In this document: positions 1 through 11,112 of the stretch, piece after piece | How positions within the stretch are numbered: the first letter of the stretch is position 1 | Layout of the letters: each line of letters starts with the position of its first letter | From: an uncultured bacterium | GTDB taxonomy: Bacteria > Krumholzibacteriota > Krumholzibacteriia > LZORAL124-64-63 | NCBI GenBank assembly: GCA_963732385.1 | Contig: CAVSZB010000008.1 | Location: forward strand, 288,001-352,000 | Length of the DNA stretch: 64,000 nucleotides | Direction: 5' to 3' | Position numbers and translations under genes: made by a program | The notes under the pieces: model-generated | What the model was told of the DNA's origin: nothing | Database searches by the model: none | Seen by the model: only the letters and a program-made list of their open reading frames with translations

Positions 1-1
1 G

Positions 2-379
2 GTGGCCGCGGACCGGCTCGCCGCGGGCGATGCCGCGGGCGCCCTGGCGCGCTGCGACAGCCTGCTGGCCGGCGATCCGGCGCTGCCGGACTGGGCGCAC
101 GAACGCCTGCAACGGTGCCGCGGCGAGGCGCTGCAGGCGCTCGGACGGCCGTTCGAGGCGCTCGACGCCTTCACGCTCGGTCTCGCATTCAGCACCACCC
201 CGCGCGATCGCGCCGAGGCGCACCTGCGCCTCGGACGCCTGTTCCGCGTGCTGGACAATCCGGTGCAGGCCCGCGAGGCGTTCGAGCTGGCGCGGCGCGA
301 AGGACTGTCGCCTGACCTCGATGCCGAAGCGGCGCGGGCGCTGGCCGAACTCGCATCCGCCGAGCCCGGGAAGGACTGA
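2..379 (+). CDS. TPR-like helical repeat protein, probably 5'-truncated by the window edge
   Basis: Ala/Leu-rich TPR-like helices (RGEALQALGRPFEALDAF; AEAHLRLGRLFRVL...AREAFELA); ends 3 nt before the next gene. Confidence 0.7.
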   Translation: MAADRLAAGDAAGALARCDSLLAGDPALPDWAHERLQRCRGEALQALGRPFEALDAFTLGLAFSTTPRDRAEAHLRLGRLFRVLDNPVQAREAFELARREGLSPDLDAEAARALAELASAEPGKD

Positions 380-382
380 ACG

Positions 383-1537
383 GTGCGCATCGCTCTGCTG
401 GGCCCCGCGCCGCCGCTGCGCGGGGGCATCGCCACCTACTTCGCCATGCTCGCCCGCGTGCTCGATCAGCGGGGCCACACGCTCTTCTGGGCCTCCTTCC
501 GCAAACAGTACCCGAAGTTCCTGTTTCCCGGCGGCGCCCAGGAGGGGGAGACGGCCCCGTGGCTGTGGCACGCCAATTCGCCGCGTTTCGTGCCGTGGTC
601 GCCGTGGAGCTGGTGGCGCACCTTCCGCGATCTGCGCGCCTTCGCGCCCGACGCCGTCATCATCAAGTACTGGATCCCCTTCTTCGCCCCCGGTTTCGCG
701 GCGGTGATCTGGCTGCTGCGGCGCGGCACGCGCGCGCGCGTCATCTATGTCCTGGACAATGTCATCGCGCATGAGAAGTACCCCTTCGGCACGCTGCTCA
801 CACGGTTGGCGCTGCGGAAGGGACACGCCTGGATCGCGCAGTCGGAACAGGTCCGGCGCGATCTGTTCACGGTCCTGCCGCGCACCGATCCGGAGCGCGT
901 CGTTCTCGCTCCGCATCCCGTGTACGATTTCGGCGCCCCGGGACGCCCACGCCCCGACCGCGCGCAGGCCCGCGCCCGGCTCGGCCTGTCGGCGGCGCCG
1001 CACCTGGTCCTCTGCTTCGGTTTCATCAAGCCGTACAAGGGTGTGGCGCATCTGATCGAAGCGGCGCCGGCGCTGAAGCAACGGTTCGGCGCGGGTCTGC
1101 AGATTCTGGTGGTGGGCGACATCTACGGCGACCGCCGCCCCTACTTCGACCTGGTCGAGCGGCTCGGCGTGGGGGACACTCTGCGCATCATTGACGACTT
1201 CGTCCCGGACGAGACTGTCGAGGCGTATTTCTGCGCCGCCGACCTGGTCGTGCTGCCGTACGTGACGGCGACGCAGAGCGGCATCGTGCAGATCGCCTAC
1301 AACTACGATACGCCGGTCGTGACCACGAACGTGGGGGGCCTGCCCGAGGTCGTCATCGACGGCGAAACCGGCTTCCTCGTGCCGCCGGCCGATCCGCCCG
1401 CGCTCGCCGCCGCGATCACGCGCTTCTTCGACGGCGATCATGCCGCCGCCTTCGCGGCCGGGATCGCGCGCGAGAAGGCGAAGTACTCGTGGGCGCGGAT
1501 GGCCGAGACGATCGAGCGGCTGGCGGCGGCGCCCTGA
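383..1537 (+). CDS. GT4 (GT-B) glycosyltransferase
   Basis: MRIALLGP..RGGI N-terminus, FGFIKPYKG, ADLVVLPY, PVVTTNVGGLPEVV.DGETG. Confidence 0.92.
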   Translation: MRIALLGPAPPLRGGIATYFAMLARVLDQRGHTLFWASFRKQYPKFLFPGGAQEGETAPWLWHANSPRFVPWSPWSWWRTFRDLRAFAPDAVIIKYWIPFFAPGFAAVIWLLRRGTRARVIYVLDNVIAHEKYPFGTLLTRLALRKGHAWIAQSEQVRRDLFTVLPRTDPERVVLAPHPVYDFGAPGRPRPDRAQARARLGLSAAPHLVLCFGFIKPYKGVAHLIEAAPALKQRFGAGLQILVVGDIYGDRRPYFDLVERLGVGDTLRIIDDFVPDETVEAYFCAADLVVLPYVTATQSGIVQIAYNYDTPVVTTNVGGLPEVVIDGETGFLVPPADPPALAAAITRFFDGDHAAAFAAGIAREKAKYSWARMAETIERLAAAP

Positions 1538-1545
1538 CGTTCCGC

Positions 1546-2578
1546 TCAGGTCCAGCGGAACAGTTTCACGGTGGCGACGAAGCTGACCAGCCCCCATGCC
1601 GCCATCACGGCCAGTTCCCCGCCCAACGTCGACAGTGGCCGGCCCTCCAGCATCACCGCGCGCAGGGCGTCGTTGGTCGCCGTCAGCGGCAGCGCCTGGA
1701 TCAGCGGCTGCAGCGCGGCGGGGAAGCGGCTGGTGGCGAAGAAGACGCCGCTCATGACCAGCATCGGCATCTGGATCAGGTTGATCAGGCCCGAGGCGGT
1801 CTCCATGGTCTGCGCGCGGGAGGCGAGGAGGGCGCCGAGGGCGCTGAAACAGGCGGTGCCCAGGATGATGACGATGGCCAGGTCGAGCAGGCTGCCGCGC
1901 AGCGGGATCCGGAACAGCAGGTGGGTGAGGCCGAGCAGGGCGGCGGTCTCCAGGGGGACGAACACGGCGCGGGCGAGCATCTGGCCGAGGACGAAGTCGG
2001 CGCGGCGCAGCGGCGACGCGGTGAAGCGCTTCAGCAGGCGTTTCATCCGCAGGTCGACGATCGCCCACCCGAGGCCCCACAGGCCGCCGCTCAGGAGGTT
2101 CATGCCGAGCAGTCCCGGCACGAGGAAGTCCACGTAACGCGAGCCCGGTTCGGTCACGGTCTCGGTGGTCGTGGCGAGGCGGTCGACGCGGCCGGCGGCG
2201 CGCTGGAGCGCGGCGTCGACGATCGCCATGGCGAGCGGCCCCTCGGCGCGCGCGGGGTCGTAGCGGTAGACGAGCGGTTCGCCCGCCGCCACGACGATGT
2301 CGGCGCGGCCGGAGCGCAGAGCGCGGGCGGCGTCGCCGGCGGGCAGGACCTCGACCCGCACGCGGGGGTCGCGGCGCAGGCGCGCGGCGAGGCTGTCGGC
2401 GGCGGCCTCGCGACCCGTCTCCCGCGCGACCACGGCGGGGATCGGGCCGGGCCGGCGCTCACGGAACGCCAGCCCGAGCACGGCCGCCAGCAGCACCGGG
2501 AAGATGAACGCCCAGAAGACGATCTCCGGCTGGCGGGCGGTTTCGCGCAGCCGCATCAGCATGATCTCGCGCACCGGG

Positions 2579-2586
<8 letters not shown>
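1546..2586 (-). CDS. ABC-2 type transporter permease
   Basis: FWAFIFP, YVDFLVPGLLGM, LKRF.ASPL, SGVFF motifs; overlaps the ATPase gene. Confidence 0.9.
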
Positions 2587-3519
<933 letters not shown>

Positions 3520-3523
<4 letters not shown>

Positions 3524-4182
3524 GGCTGGTGAGCGTACGGCGGGCGGGCGCCGGGCGCCAGCGGGAGCCGGAGCACGAAGCTCGCCGGGTCGTGGAAATC
3601 GGGTGGGCCGTCGGCGTGCCGGAGCGCCCAGCAGGAGAGGACGCCCCGGGTGTCCTCCACCACCGCAGCGAGGCCGAGCCGCAGCGGCGCCTCGCGGAGC
3701 CGCGGGTCCAGGGGCGCGAGGTCGAGCGTTGCCGTGAGGTCGAGGCGGGTGTCGTATCGGCGCACGACGATCCGCGGCGCGGTCGGTTCGCCGCCGAGCG
3801 GACCGCCGTCGCGCCGGCTCCGGAAGGCGTGCAGGTCCCAGGCCCGCGTCGGGGAGAGGTTGAGTTCGTGGTACGCTGGCTCATCTGCTTCTCCGGGCGC
3901 GATGAACGCCTCGAAACAGGTGTGCCGCCAGAGGCCGGCCGCCCTGGTCGGCGGGCCGGGCGGGGGGAGGTCCAGGCCGGACAGCCGTCCCGTGAGCACG
4001 AACCTCAGCGCGAGTCGTCCGTCGCCGGTGCGGGTCGCGCGCGCCGCCAGGCGACCGATCGCGTCACACGGCGTATCGGGATGATGGGCGAGGGGGAGTA
4101 GTCGCCCGTCGTCCCCGGTCGGGAGTATGGCGCTCAAGACGTTGCTGGCCTCCTCCGCGCCGATGCGCGGTTCCATCTCCAA
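3520..4182 (-). CDS. DOMON-like domain protein; true start probably downstream of 4182
   Basis: GLWRHTCFEAF, YHELNLSP, LAAVVED, WAL.H..PDFH pattern typical of DOMON-like proteins; ATGA overlap with the ABC ATPase. Confidence 0.7.
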
Positions 4183-4268
4183 AAATTATGATTGACCAGC
4201 ATATTCAAAACAATCAAGACAATACCCCGATCAAACTGTTCCTGCTTCTTCGGGAAAGGAGAGTCGGT

Positions 4269-5198
4269 ATGACGAAGACCGTGTCTGTCCTGTGCCTCGC
4301 CGGTCTGATCGTCCTCGCCGGATGCAGCAGCCAGCAGGATCCCGTCGGCGTGTCGAACGAGAGGAGCGATGCCGCCCGGCCGGTGTGGGACGAATCGCAG
4401 GCCTCCTGCAGGATCGACGCGCCTTCGCCCGCGCTGGTGACCGATCCCGTTCAGGACCTCAAGTGGTCACAGCTGACGCACAAGAAGATCGTCTCGATCG
4501 CGGCCGCCAAGTGGGGGCTGTCGACGGCGCGCGTGACCAACCTGACCGCGGCCTCGGAGATGCCGGACGTCTACCAGTCGGGCCTCGACGCGGCCTTCAA
4601 CCAGCAGTGGTCGCACGCCTTCATGCTGACGTCGTATGGCTGGTGGTACTGGGGCGACGCCGATGACGACTTCTACGACAACATCAACCAGTCCAGCGGC
4701 GAAATCGAAAGCCCGGAAGGCTACAAGGGTCTGTCGGCCAAATACTATTATCAGGCCGCCAACCAGTACATGGGCGACTGGTACCTGGGCTACGCCTGTC
4801 ACTACATCGAGGACGTCTGCCTGGTTCTCCACACCACGATTCCCGACTGGTACATGGCCACGAAGCACTTCGCCTTCGAGACCTGGGTGGAGAACAACCT
4901 CACCGCCGGCTGGAAGCTGCTCGACGCGGTCACCGCCGACAACAGCTATTACATCGTGAGCGATCCCAAGACCGCGGTCAACCAGGCGGCCTATTACACC
5001 TCCGGTTATTACAGCAGCGTGGCCGGCAGGAAAGCCTGGGACGCCTACGTGGCCAGCGGTTTCCCGACCGCCGCCGGCACCGGCAACTCGACGCTGGTCT
5101 ACTACACGAAGTCGATGCTGGTCGACGCCGGCCGCTACGTGAAGGGGACCATCAAGTACACGCTGGACAAGTACGGACAGTGGACCAGCCGGTATTGA
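4269..5198 (+). CDS. Lipoprotein of the zinc-dependent phospholipase C / S1-P1 nuclease superfamily
   Basis: AGGAG RBS before ATG 4269; lipobox LAGC; W..TH (WSQLTH), PD, SH, LGYACHYIED, LH and H..FE zinc-ligand pattern. Confidence 0.75.
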   Translation: MTKTVSVLCLAGLIVLAGCSSQQDPVGVSNERSDAARPVWDESQASCRIDAPSPALVTDPVQDLKWSQLTHKKIVSIAAAKWGLSTARVTNLTAASEMPDVYQSGLDAAFNQQWSHAFMLTSYGWWYWGDADDDFYDNINQSSGEIESPEGYKGLSAKYYYQAANQYMGDWYLGYACHYIEDVCLVLHTTIPDWYMATKHFAFETWVENNLTAGWKLLDAVTADNSYYIVSDPKTAVNQAAYYTSGYYSSVAGRKAWDAYVASGFPTAAGTGNSTLVYYTKSMLVDAGRYVKGTIKYTLDKYGQWTSRY

Positions 5199-5256
5199 GC
5201 CGCTGGAACCGAGCGGCGTCCCCGGACGGGGTCGCCGCGACGGACGCGGTTGCGGG

Positions 5257-5289
5257 GACGGGGCGGGGCGCGGGGCGTCCCGCCCCGTC
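5257..5289 (+). terminator. GC-rich hairpin after the PLC-like gene (no U tract)
   Basis: GACGGGGCGGGGCGC / GCGTCCCGCCCCGTC, 15-bp stem with one G-U pair. Confidence 0.45.
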
Positions 5290-5335
5290 GTCTGAGGGCC
5301 GGCGCGGCGGGCGTCCGGAAACGCCGCCCCGCGCC

Positions 5336-5364
5336 TTGACAGCAGGTGCCCGCCTACTTATCGT
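5336..5364 (+). promoter_or_regulatory. Candidate sigma70 promoter for qNOR
   Basis: TTGACA-17 nt-TATCGT about 100 nt upstream of the start. Confidence 0.5.
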
Positions 5365-5464
5365 GGCCGCAGGGCAATCAGACAAAAAAGATCCGTTATT
5401 CCCGGTTTCGCTGTCCGGTCGCCGGAGGGGCGGCGGCGCGCGGTGGCGAGCGAGGAGGTCGGTG

Positions 5465-7738
5465 ATGATGAAGGATACGCGGATCAGGGCGGTGCTGCTG
5501 TTCGTCGTCGTGGCGGCGTTCACGGTGCTCATCTTCGGGGGCGCGCAGATCGCCAAACACAAGCCGCCCATTCCGGAGCGGGTGACCGGGACGGACGGCC
5601 GCCTCGTCTTCACGGGCGAGGAGATCCGGCTCGGCCAGCGGTACTACCTCGCCCACGGCGGGCAGGAGATGGGTTCGATCTGGGGGCACGGCGCCTACCT
5701 CGCGCCGGACTGGTCGGCCGATGCGCTGCACCGGGTCGCCCTCGTGACCGCCGGACTGCAGGCGGGGCTGCCGCCGGCGCAGGCGCAGCGGTTCGACCAG
5801 GCGGCGTACGAGGCGCTCGAGACCGGCCTGCGCGGCGAGGTGCAGGCGCGGACGGCCGAGGAGTTGAAGCGCAACCGGTACGACGCCGCGAGCGGGACCC
5901 TGGCGCTGTCGCCCGGGCAGGCGGCGGCGGTCCCGGTGCTCACGGCGTACTACACGACGCTCTTCCGCGACGGCAGCGACCCGTTCTCGATTCCGGCCGG
6001 CGTCGTTGACAGCGATGAGAACGGACGGCGGCTCACCGCCTTCTTCTTCTGGACCGCCTGGGCGGCGATGACCGACCGTCCCGGCGTGGACTACACCTAC
6101 ACGGCCAACTGGCCGTTCGATCCGCTCGCCGGCAACACGCCGGTGCCGAGCGCCCTGCTCTGGTCGATCGCCAGCGTCGTGCTGCTGATCCTGGGCATCG
6201 CCCTGGCGATATTCTTCTACCTGCGTTCCCACGACGAGAGCGGCGAAGAGACGCGGATCCTGCCGCTGGCCGAGCCGGCGCCCACGCCGAGCCAGCGGCT
6301 CACGCTCTACTACTTCCTGGCCGCGGCGCTGCTGTTCCTGGTCCAGGTGGGGGTGGGGTCGCTTACCGGCCACTACGCGGTGGAGGGGAACCGGCTGTTC
6401 GGCCTCGACCTCGGGAAGATCCTGCCGTACGCGGCGGCCCGCACCTGGCACCTGCAGCTGTCGGTCTTCTGGATCGCGACCTGCTGGCTCGCCACCGGCC
6501 TCTACCTCGGGCCGGCGGTGTCGGGCCGCGAACCGCGGCGACAGGCGGCCTGGGTGGCGGTACTGCTCGGGGCGTTGGTGGTCGTGGTGGTGGGCACGCT
6601 GGTCGGCACCTGGCTCGGCGTGACCGGCCGCTTCGGCGGCGGCGGCTTCCTGTTCGGGCACCAGGGGTACGAGTACCTCGACCTCGGCCGCGTCTGGCAG
6701 ATCGCGCTGATCCTCGGCATGCTTCTCTGGCTGGCGCTGGTGTGGCGCTCGATCCGCCCCGCGCTCGACCGCGAGACCGACCGCGGCGGGCTGACCCACC
6801 TGCTGCTCTACGCGTCGGTATCGATCCCGCTCTTCTACTCGGTGGGGCTGTTCTACAACCCCGGCACCCACCTCTCGATCGCCGACTACTGGCGCTGGTG
6901 GGTGGTGCACCTCTGGGTGGAGAACTTCTTCGAGGTGTTCGCCACCGTGGCCCTCGCCTTCGTGCTGACCCGCATGGGGGCGGTGCGGACCGCCTTCGCC
7001 GAGCGGACGGTCTACTTCAGCATCCTGCTCTACCTCGGGGCCGGCATCATCGGCACCTTTCACCACCTCTACTTCTCGGGCACCCCGCTGATGATCACCT
7101 CGCTCGGCGCCACCTTCTCGGCGCTCGAGGTGGTGCCGCTGACGCTGCTCGGCTTCGAAGTGAACCGCAACCTGAAGCTGGCTCGCCTCGGCGGCGACGC
7201 CGCGCCGTACCGCTGGCCGCTCTACTTCTTCATCGCGGTGGCGTTCTGGAACATGCTCGGCGCCGGCGTCTTCGGTTTCCTGATCAACCCGCCGATCGTC
7301 CTCTATTACGCCCAGGGGCTCAACACCACGCCGATCCACTCGCACGGCGCGCTGTTCGGCGTCTACGGCTTCCTGGCGATCGCCCTCGCGCTCTTCTCGG
7401 TGCGCCACATCGTGCGCCGGGAAGCGTGGTCCGACCGGCTGCTGAAGTGGTCGTTCATCGGCCTCAACGCCGGCCTTTTTCTGATGATCTTCGTCAGTCT
7501 CGTGCCGGCCGGCTTCTACCAGTTCCTGCAGGCCGTGAAGCATGGCACCTGGTACGCGCGCGGCCCCGAGGTAACCGGCTCGTCGTTCATCCACACGGTG
7601 ACGTGGCTGAGGTTGCCGGCGGACCTCATCTTCGATGTCGGCGTGGTGGCGTTCCTGGCGTTCCTGGTGCGGGCCATTGTGCTCGACCGGAAGCTGCGGG
7701 GGGGCGCGGTGGCGAAGGCGGGGGGACAGGGCCGGTAG
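5465..7738 (+). CDS. norB: Quinol-dependent nitric oxide reductase (qNOR)
   Basis: GSIWGHGAYLAPDWSAD, YTANWP, RTWHLQ, QGYEYLDLGR, WWVVHLWVE, GTFHHLYF, H.HGALFGVYG; GGAGG RBS. Confidence 0.95.
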   Translation: MMKDTRIRAVLLFVVVAAFTVLIFGGAQIAKHKPPIPERVTGTDGRLVFTGEEIRLGQRYYLAHGGQEMGSIWGHGAYLAPDWSADALHRVALVTAGLQAGLPPAQAQRFDQAAYEALETGLRGEVQARTAEELKRNRYDAASGTLALSPGQAAAVPVLTAYYTTLFRDGSDPFSIPAGVVDSDENGRRLTAFFFWTAWAAMTDRPGVDYTYTANWPFDPLAGNTPVPSALLWSIASVVLLILGIALAIFFYLRSHDESGEETRILPLAEPAPTPSQRLTLYYFLAAALLFLVQVGVGSLTGHYAVEGNRLFGLDLGKILPYAAARTWHLQLSVFWIATCWLATGLYLGPAVSGREPRRQAAWVAVLLGALVVVVVGTLVGTWLGVTGRFGGGGFLFGHQGYEYLDLGRVWQIALILGMLLWLALVWRSIRPALDRETDRGGLTHLLLYASVSIPLFYSVGLFYNPGTHLSIADYWRWWVVHLWVENFFEVFATVALAFVLTRMGAVRTAFAERTVYFSILLYLGAGIIGTFHHLYFSGTPLMITSLGATFSALEVVPLTLLGFEVNRNLKLARLGGDAAPYRWPLYFFIAVAFWNMLGAGVFGFLINPPIVLYYAQGLNTTPIHSHGALFGVYGFLAIALALFSVRHIVRREAWSDRLLKWSFIGLNAGLFLMIFVSLVPAGFYQFLQAVKHGTWYARGPEVTGSSFIHTVTWLRLPADLIFDVGVVAFLAFLVRAIVLDRKLRGGAVAKAGGQGR

Positions 7739-7869
7739 ATCTCGTTCCGCTTGGCGAATGGCAGGGCCGTCTGCGTGCAGGCGGCCCTGCTCTATTCCGC
7801 CGGCCGGCAGGCTTGATGTATTGCGTGCAGCCGGCTGCACACGAAGAATCAAGTCGGCTCGCGTGGCGC

Positions 7870-8799
7870 CTACCGGCCCCAGGGCACGTCGATGCCCAGT
7901 CCCGCCAGCTTCTCCTCGCACTCGGCGCGTTCGCGGTGGCGGCGCAGCCCGCCGGCCGCGGCGGGCTCGAGCCAGCCGGCCTCGCGCGCCAGGGCCAGGG
8001 CGGCGTCGGAATCGTGGTGGCCGAGGGCGGTGGCGATGGCGCTCTCGAGGCGCGAAAGGCTGACCGCGCCGAGCCGGTAGTCGAGGAACGCCTCCCAGGT
8101 CAGCGGCACCCAGCGGGCCACGATCTCGCGGCCGATGATGTCCGCGTACGAGCGGATCTCGAGCTGGGCGTGCGCGTCCATGCGCAGGGCGAGGAAGTGC
8201 AGCAGGTTGTGCAGGTCGATCTTCCAGTAGGCCTCGGTGTAGGTGGCGAGGGGGAGGTCCTTGCGGGCCTGCTCGCGGGCGACGCCGGCCTCGAGGCGTT
8301 CGTGGTAGACGGCGCGGGCGTGTTCCTGCAGCTCGGCCTCGCGCTGCGTGAACGCGGCGCCGGCGCCGGCGTCGAGGACGCCCTGGCTGCCCTGCCGGTT
8401 GCCCGCGGCCTGCGTGCGCCAGGCGTGGGGGGCGGTGCGCTGGGCGGCGTCGATCGCCACGGAGTAGCGCGTGCTGTACTCGTTCACGCTGGCGGAGCGG
8501 TGGCGGATCCACTGCCGCCAGGCGTCCATCGGGACCCGCACGTGGAGCTTCAGCTCGCACATCTCGAACGGCGTGGTGTGACGGTGGCGCAGCAGGTAGC
8601 GGATCAGGCCGCGGTCGTCGCTGACCTGCTTCGTGCCGGCGCCGTAGGACACGCGCGCCGCCTGCACGATCGCCGCGTCGTCTCCCATGTAGTCGACGAG
8701 ACGCACGAAGCCGTCGTCGAGCGCGGGGAACGCCTGGCCGAGGATCGCGTCGAGCGCGGGCACGCCGGGGCGGACCAGTTTTTCGGGACTCTGCTCCAC
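7870..8799 (-). CDS. thyX: Flavin-dependent thymidylate synthase
   Basis: AARVSY, HTTPFE, RHRSASVNEYSTRY signature, REQAR..LP, HAQLEIR; GTG start at 8799 with GGGAG RBS. Confidence 0.93.
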   Translation of the reverse strand: MEQSPEKLVRPGVPALDAILGQAFPALDDGFVRLVDYMGDDAAIVQAARVSYGAGTKQVSDDRGLIRYLLRHRHTTPFEMCELKLHVRVPMDAWRQWIRHRSASVNEYSTRYSVAIDAAQRTAPHAWRTQAAGNRQGSQGVLDAGAGAAFTQREAELQEHARAVYHERLEAGVAREQARKDLPLATYTEAYWKIDLHNLLHFLALRMDAHAQLEIRSYADIIGREIVARWVPLTWEAFLDYRLGAVSLSRLESAIATALGHHDSDAALALAREAGWLEPAAAGGLRRHRERAECEEKLAGLGIDVPWGR

Positions 8800-8810
8800 C
8801 GGCGCTCCCC

Positions 8811-10854
8811 CTACGGGTTGAAGGCGTTGCGGATCGCGCCGTCCACCAGCGCGTCCTCGGCGTGGTGAGGCAGCGTGACCGACAGGCGCGGCTCGCGGTC
8901 CATGGCGCGCCGGATGGCGAATTCGGCGCCGGTGTTGCGCGCCCAGGCGCGCCGGGCGATGCCGTTGTTGACGTCCCAGGCGAGCATCAGGTCGAGGCGC
9001 CGGTCGGCGTCGGCCGAGCCGTCGAGCAGCAGGCCGAAGCCGCCGTTGATGACCTCGCCCCAGCCGACCCCGCCGCCGTTGTGCAGGCTGACCCAGGTGG
9101 CGCCGCGGCAGGCGTCGCCGATGACGTTCTGCACCGCCATGTCGGCGCAGAGGCTCGAGCCGTCGTAGATGTTGGCCGTCTCGCGGTACGGGGAGTCGGT
9201 GCCCGATACGTCGTGGTGATCGCGGCCGAGCACCACCGGCGCCGACACGCGGCCGGCGCGGATGGCGGCGTTGAAGGCGGCGGCGATGCGCCGGCGCCCC
9301 TCCTCGTCGGCGTAGAGGATGCGCGCCTGCGAGCCGACCACCAGCCGGTTCTCGCCGGCCTGCCGGATCCAGCGCAGGTTGTCGAGAATCTGCTGGCGGA
9401 TCTCCGGCGGCGCCTCCGCCGTCATCCCGGTCAGGACCTCGGCCGCGATGGTGTCGGTGGCGGCCAGGTCGGCCGGATCGCCGCTCGTGCAGACCCAGCG
9501 GAACGGGCCGAAGCCGAGGTCGAAGCAGAGCGGCCCCATGATGTCCTCGACGTACGACGGGTAGCGGAAGCGGCCGTCGGGCGTGTCGATGGCGGCGCCG
9601 GCGCGGCGCGCCTCGAGCAGGAAGGCGTTGCCGTAGTCCCAGAAGCGCATGCCGCGCGCGGTGAGGGCGTTGACCGCGTCGACATGGGCCCGCAGCGATT
9701 CCTGCACGCGCGCCTTGAAGGCGGCGGGGTCGGCGGCCATCAGGGCGTTGGCGGCGTCGAACGTCAGGCCGGCGGGGTAGTAGCCGCCGGCGTAGGGGTT
9801 GTGCAGGCTCGTCTGGTCGCTGCCGAGTTCGACCGGCTGGTCGGCCTGCGCCAGGCGCGTCCACAGGTCGACCACGTTGCCCTCGTAGGCGATCGACACC
9901 GCCTGTTTCGCGTGGCGCGCGCGGTCGATGCGCGACAGCAGCCGGTCGAGGTCGGATTCGATCTCGTCCACCCAGCCCTGCGCGTGGCGCTTGCGCGCGG
10001 CGGCCGGATTGACCTCCGCTACGACGCCGATCGCGCCGGCGATCACCGCGGCCTTGGCCTGCGCGCCGCTCATCCCGCCCAGCCCCGACGACACGAACAC
10101 CTTGCCGGCGAGGCCGTCGTCGCCCGTCGTGCCGAGGTAGAGCCGGCCGGCGTTGAGGATCGTGATCGTCGTGCCGTGCACGATCCCCTGCGGCCCGATG
10201 TACATGTAGCTGCCGGCGGTCATCTGGCCGTACGATCGTCACGCCGAGGGACGCCAGGCGGGTGTAGTCGTCGGGTGAACTGTGGTTGGGGATCACCAGC
10301 CCGTTGGTGACCACGACCCGCGGCGCGTCGGGGTGCGACGGGAACAGCCCCAGGGGGTGGCCCGAGTACATGACGAGCGTCTGCTCCTCGGTCATCTCCG
10401 CCAGGTACCTCATCGTCAGCAGGTACTGCGCCCAGTTCTGGAAGACCGCGCCGTTGCCGCCGTAGGTGACCAGCTCGTGCGGGTGCTGCGCCACGGCCGG
10501 GTCGAGGTTGTTCTGGATCATCAGCATGATGGCGGCGGCCTGCGCGCAGCGGGCCGGATAGTCGTCGAGCGGCCGCGCGTGCATCGGGTAGGCGGGCCGG
10601 TAGCGGCGCATGTAGATGCGGCCGTCCTCGCGCAGTTCGCGTGCGAACTCGGGGGCGAGGCGCGCGTGCGTCGGCGCCGGGAAATAGCGCAGCGCGTTGC
10701 GCAGGGCCAGCTTCCGCTCCGCCGGCGACAGGAGCAGGGGGCGGCGCGGCGCGTGGCTGACGCCGGGCTCCTCCGGCGGCAGGTCGGGGATCTCGTCGGG
10801 GATGCCGCGGCGGATCGCGGCCTGGAATTCGTCGAGCGTGGTCGTGCGGGTCAA
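8811..10854 (-). pseudogene. hutU: Long-type urocanate hydratase with a single 1-nt frameshift near 10233 (real lesion or sequence error)
   Basis: 5' frame has NNLDPAVAQHPHELVTYGGNG; 3' frame has MTAGSYMYIGPQGIVHGT, GRDHHD, HNGGGVG; the conserved YGQMTAGS is broken by one extra base (ACG ATC G TAC GGC CAG ATG). Confidence 0.9.
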
Positions 10855-11112
10855 TTCGAGCCTCCTGCGCGGTCACCGGCGCGCGCACGGTTGCGCGCAC
10901 CGCGCCAAGATAGCACCCGGGCCGCCGCGTCGGAAGCGCCGGTCGCAGGCGCCGGTCGCAGGCGGTTGCCGTTGGATTGGAGGGGGGACGGGCGGCTCGC
11001 GCGGCCCACCTCCTGCTGCGGGGCAGGCTTGACCCCCGGCCCGGCCTGGGGGCATGATCCGGCGCGGGAAAGCCAGGCGGGCCGGGGGGGCGCGCGGAAG
11101 GAGGAGATCGGG

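Noticed and set aside
5465..7738. Possible NO dismutase (Nod)
   Set aside because: The HH iron ligands (GTFHH) and quinol-site residues are retained, whereas Nod replaces them
7870..10854. 994-aa HutU-ThyX fusion ORF
   Set aside because: Product of the hutU frameshift; the middle is off-frame Arg/Pro-rich sequence and thyX has its own GTG start and RBS
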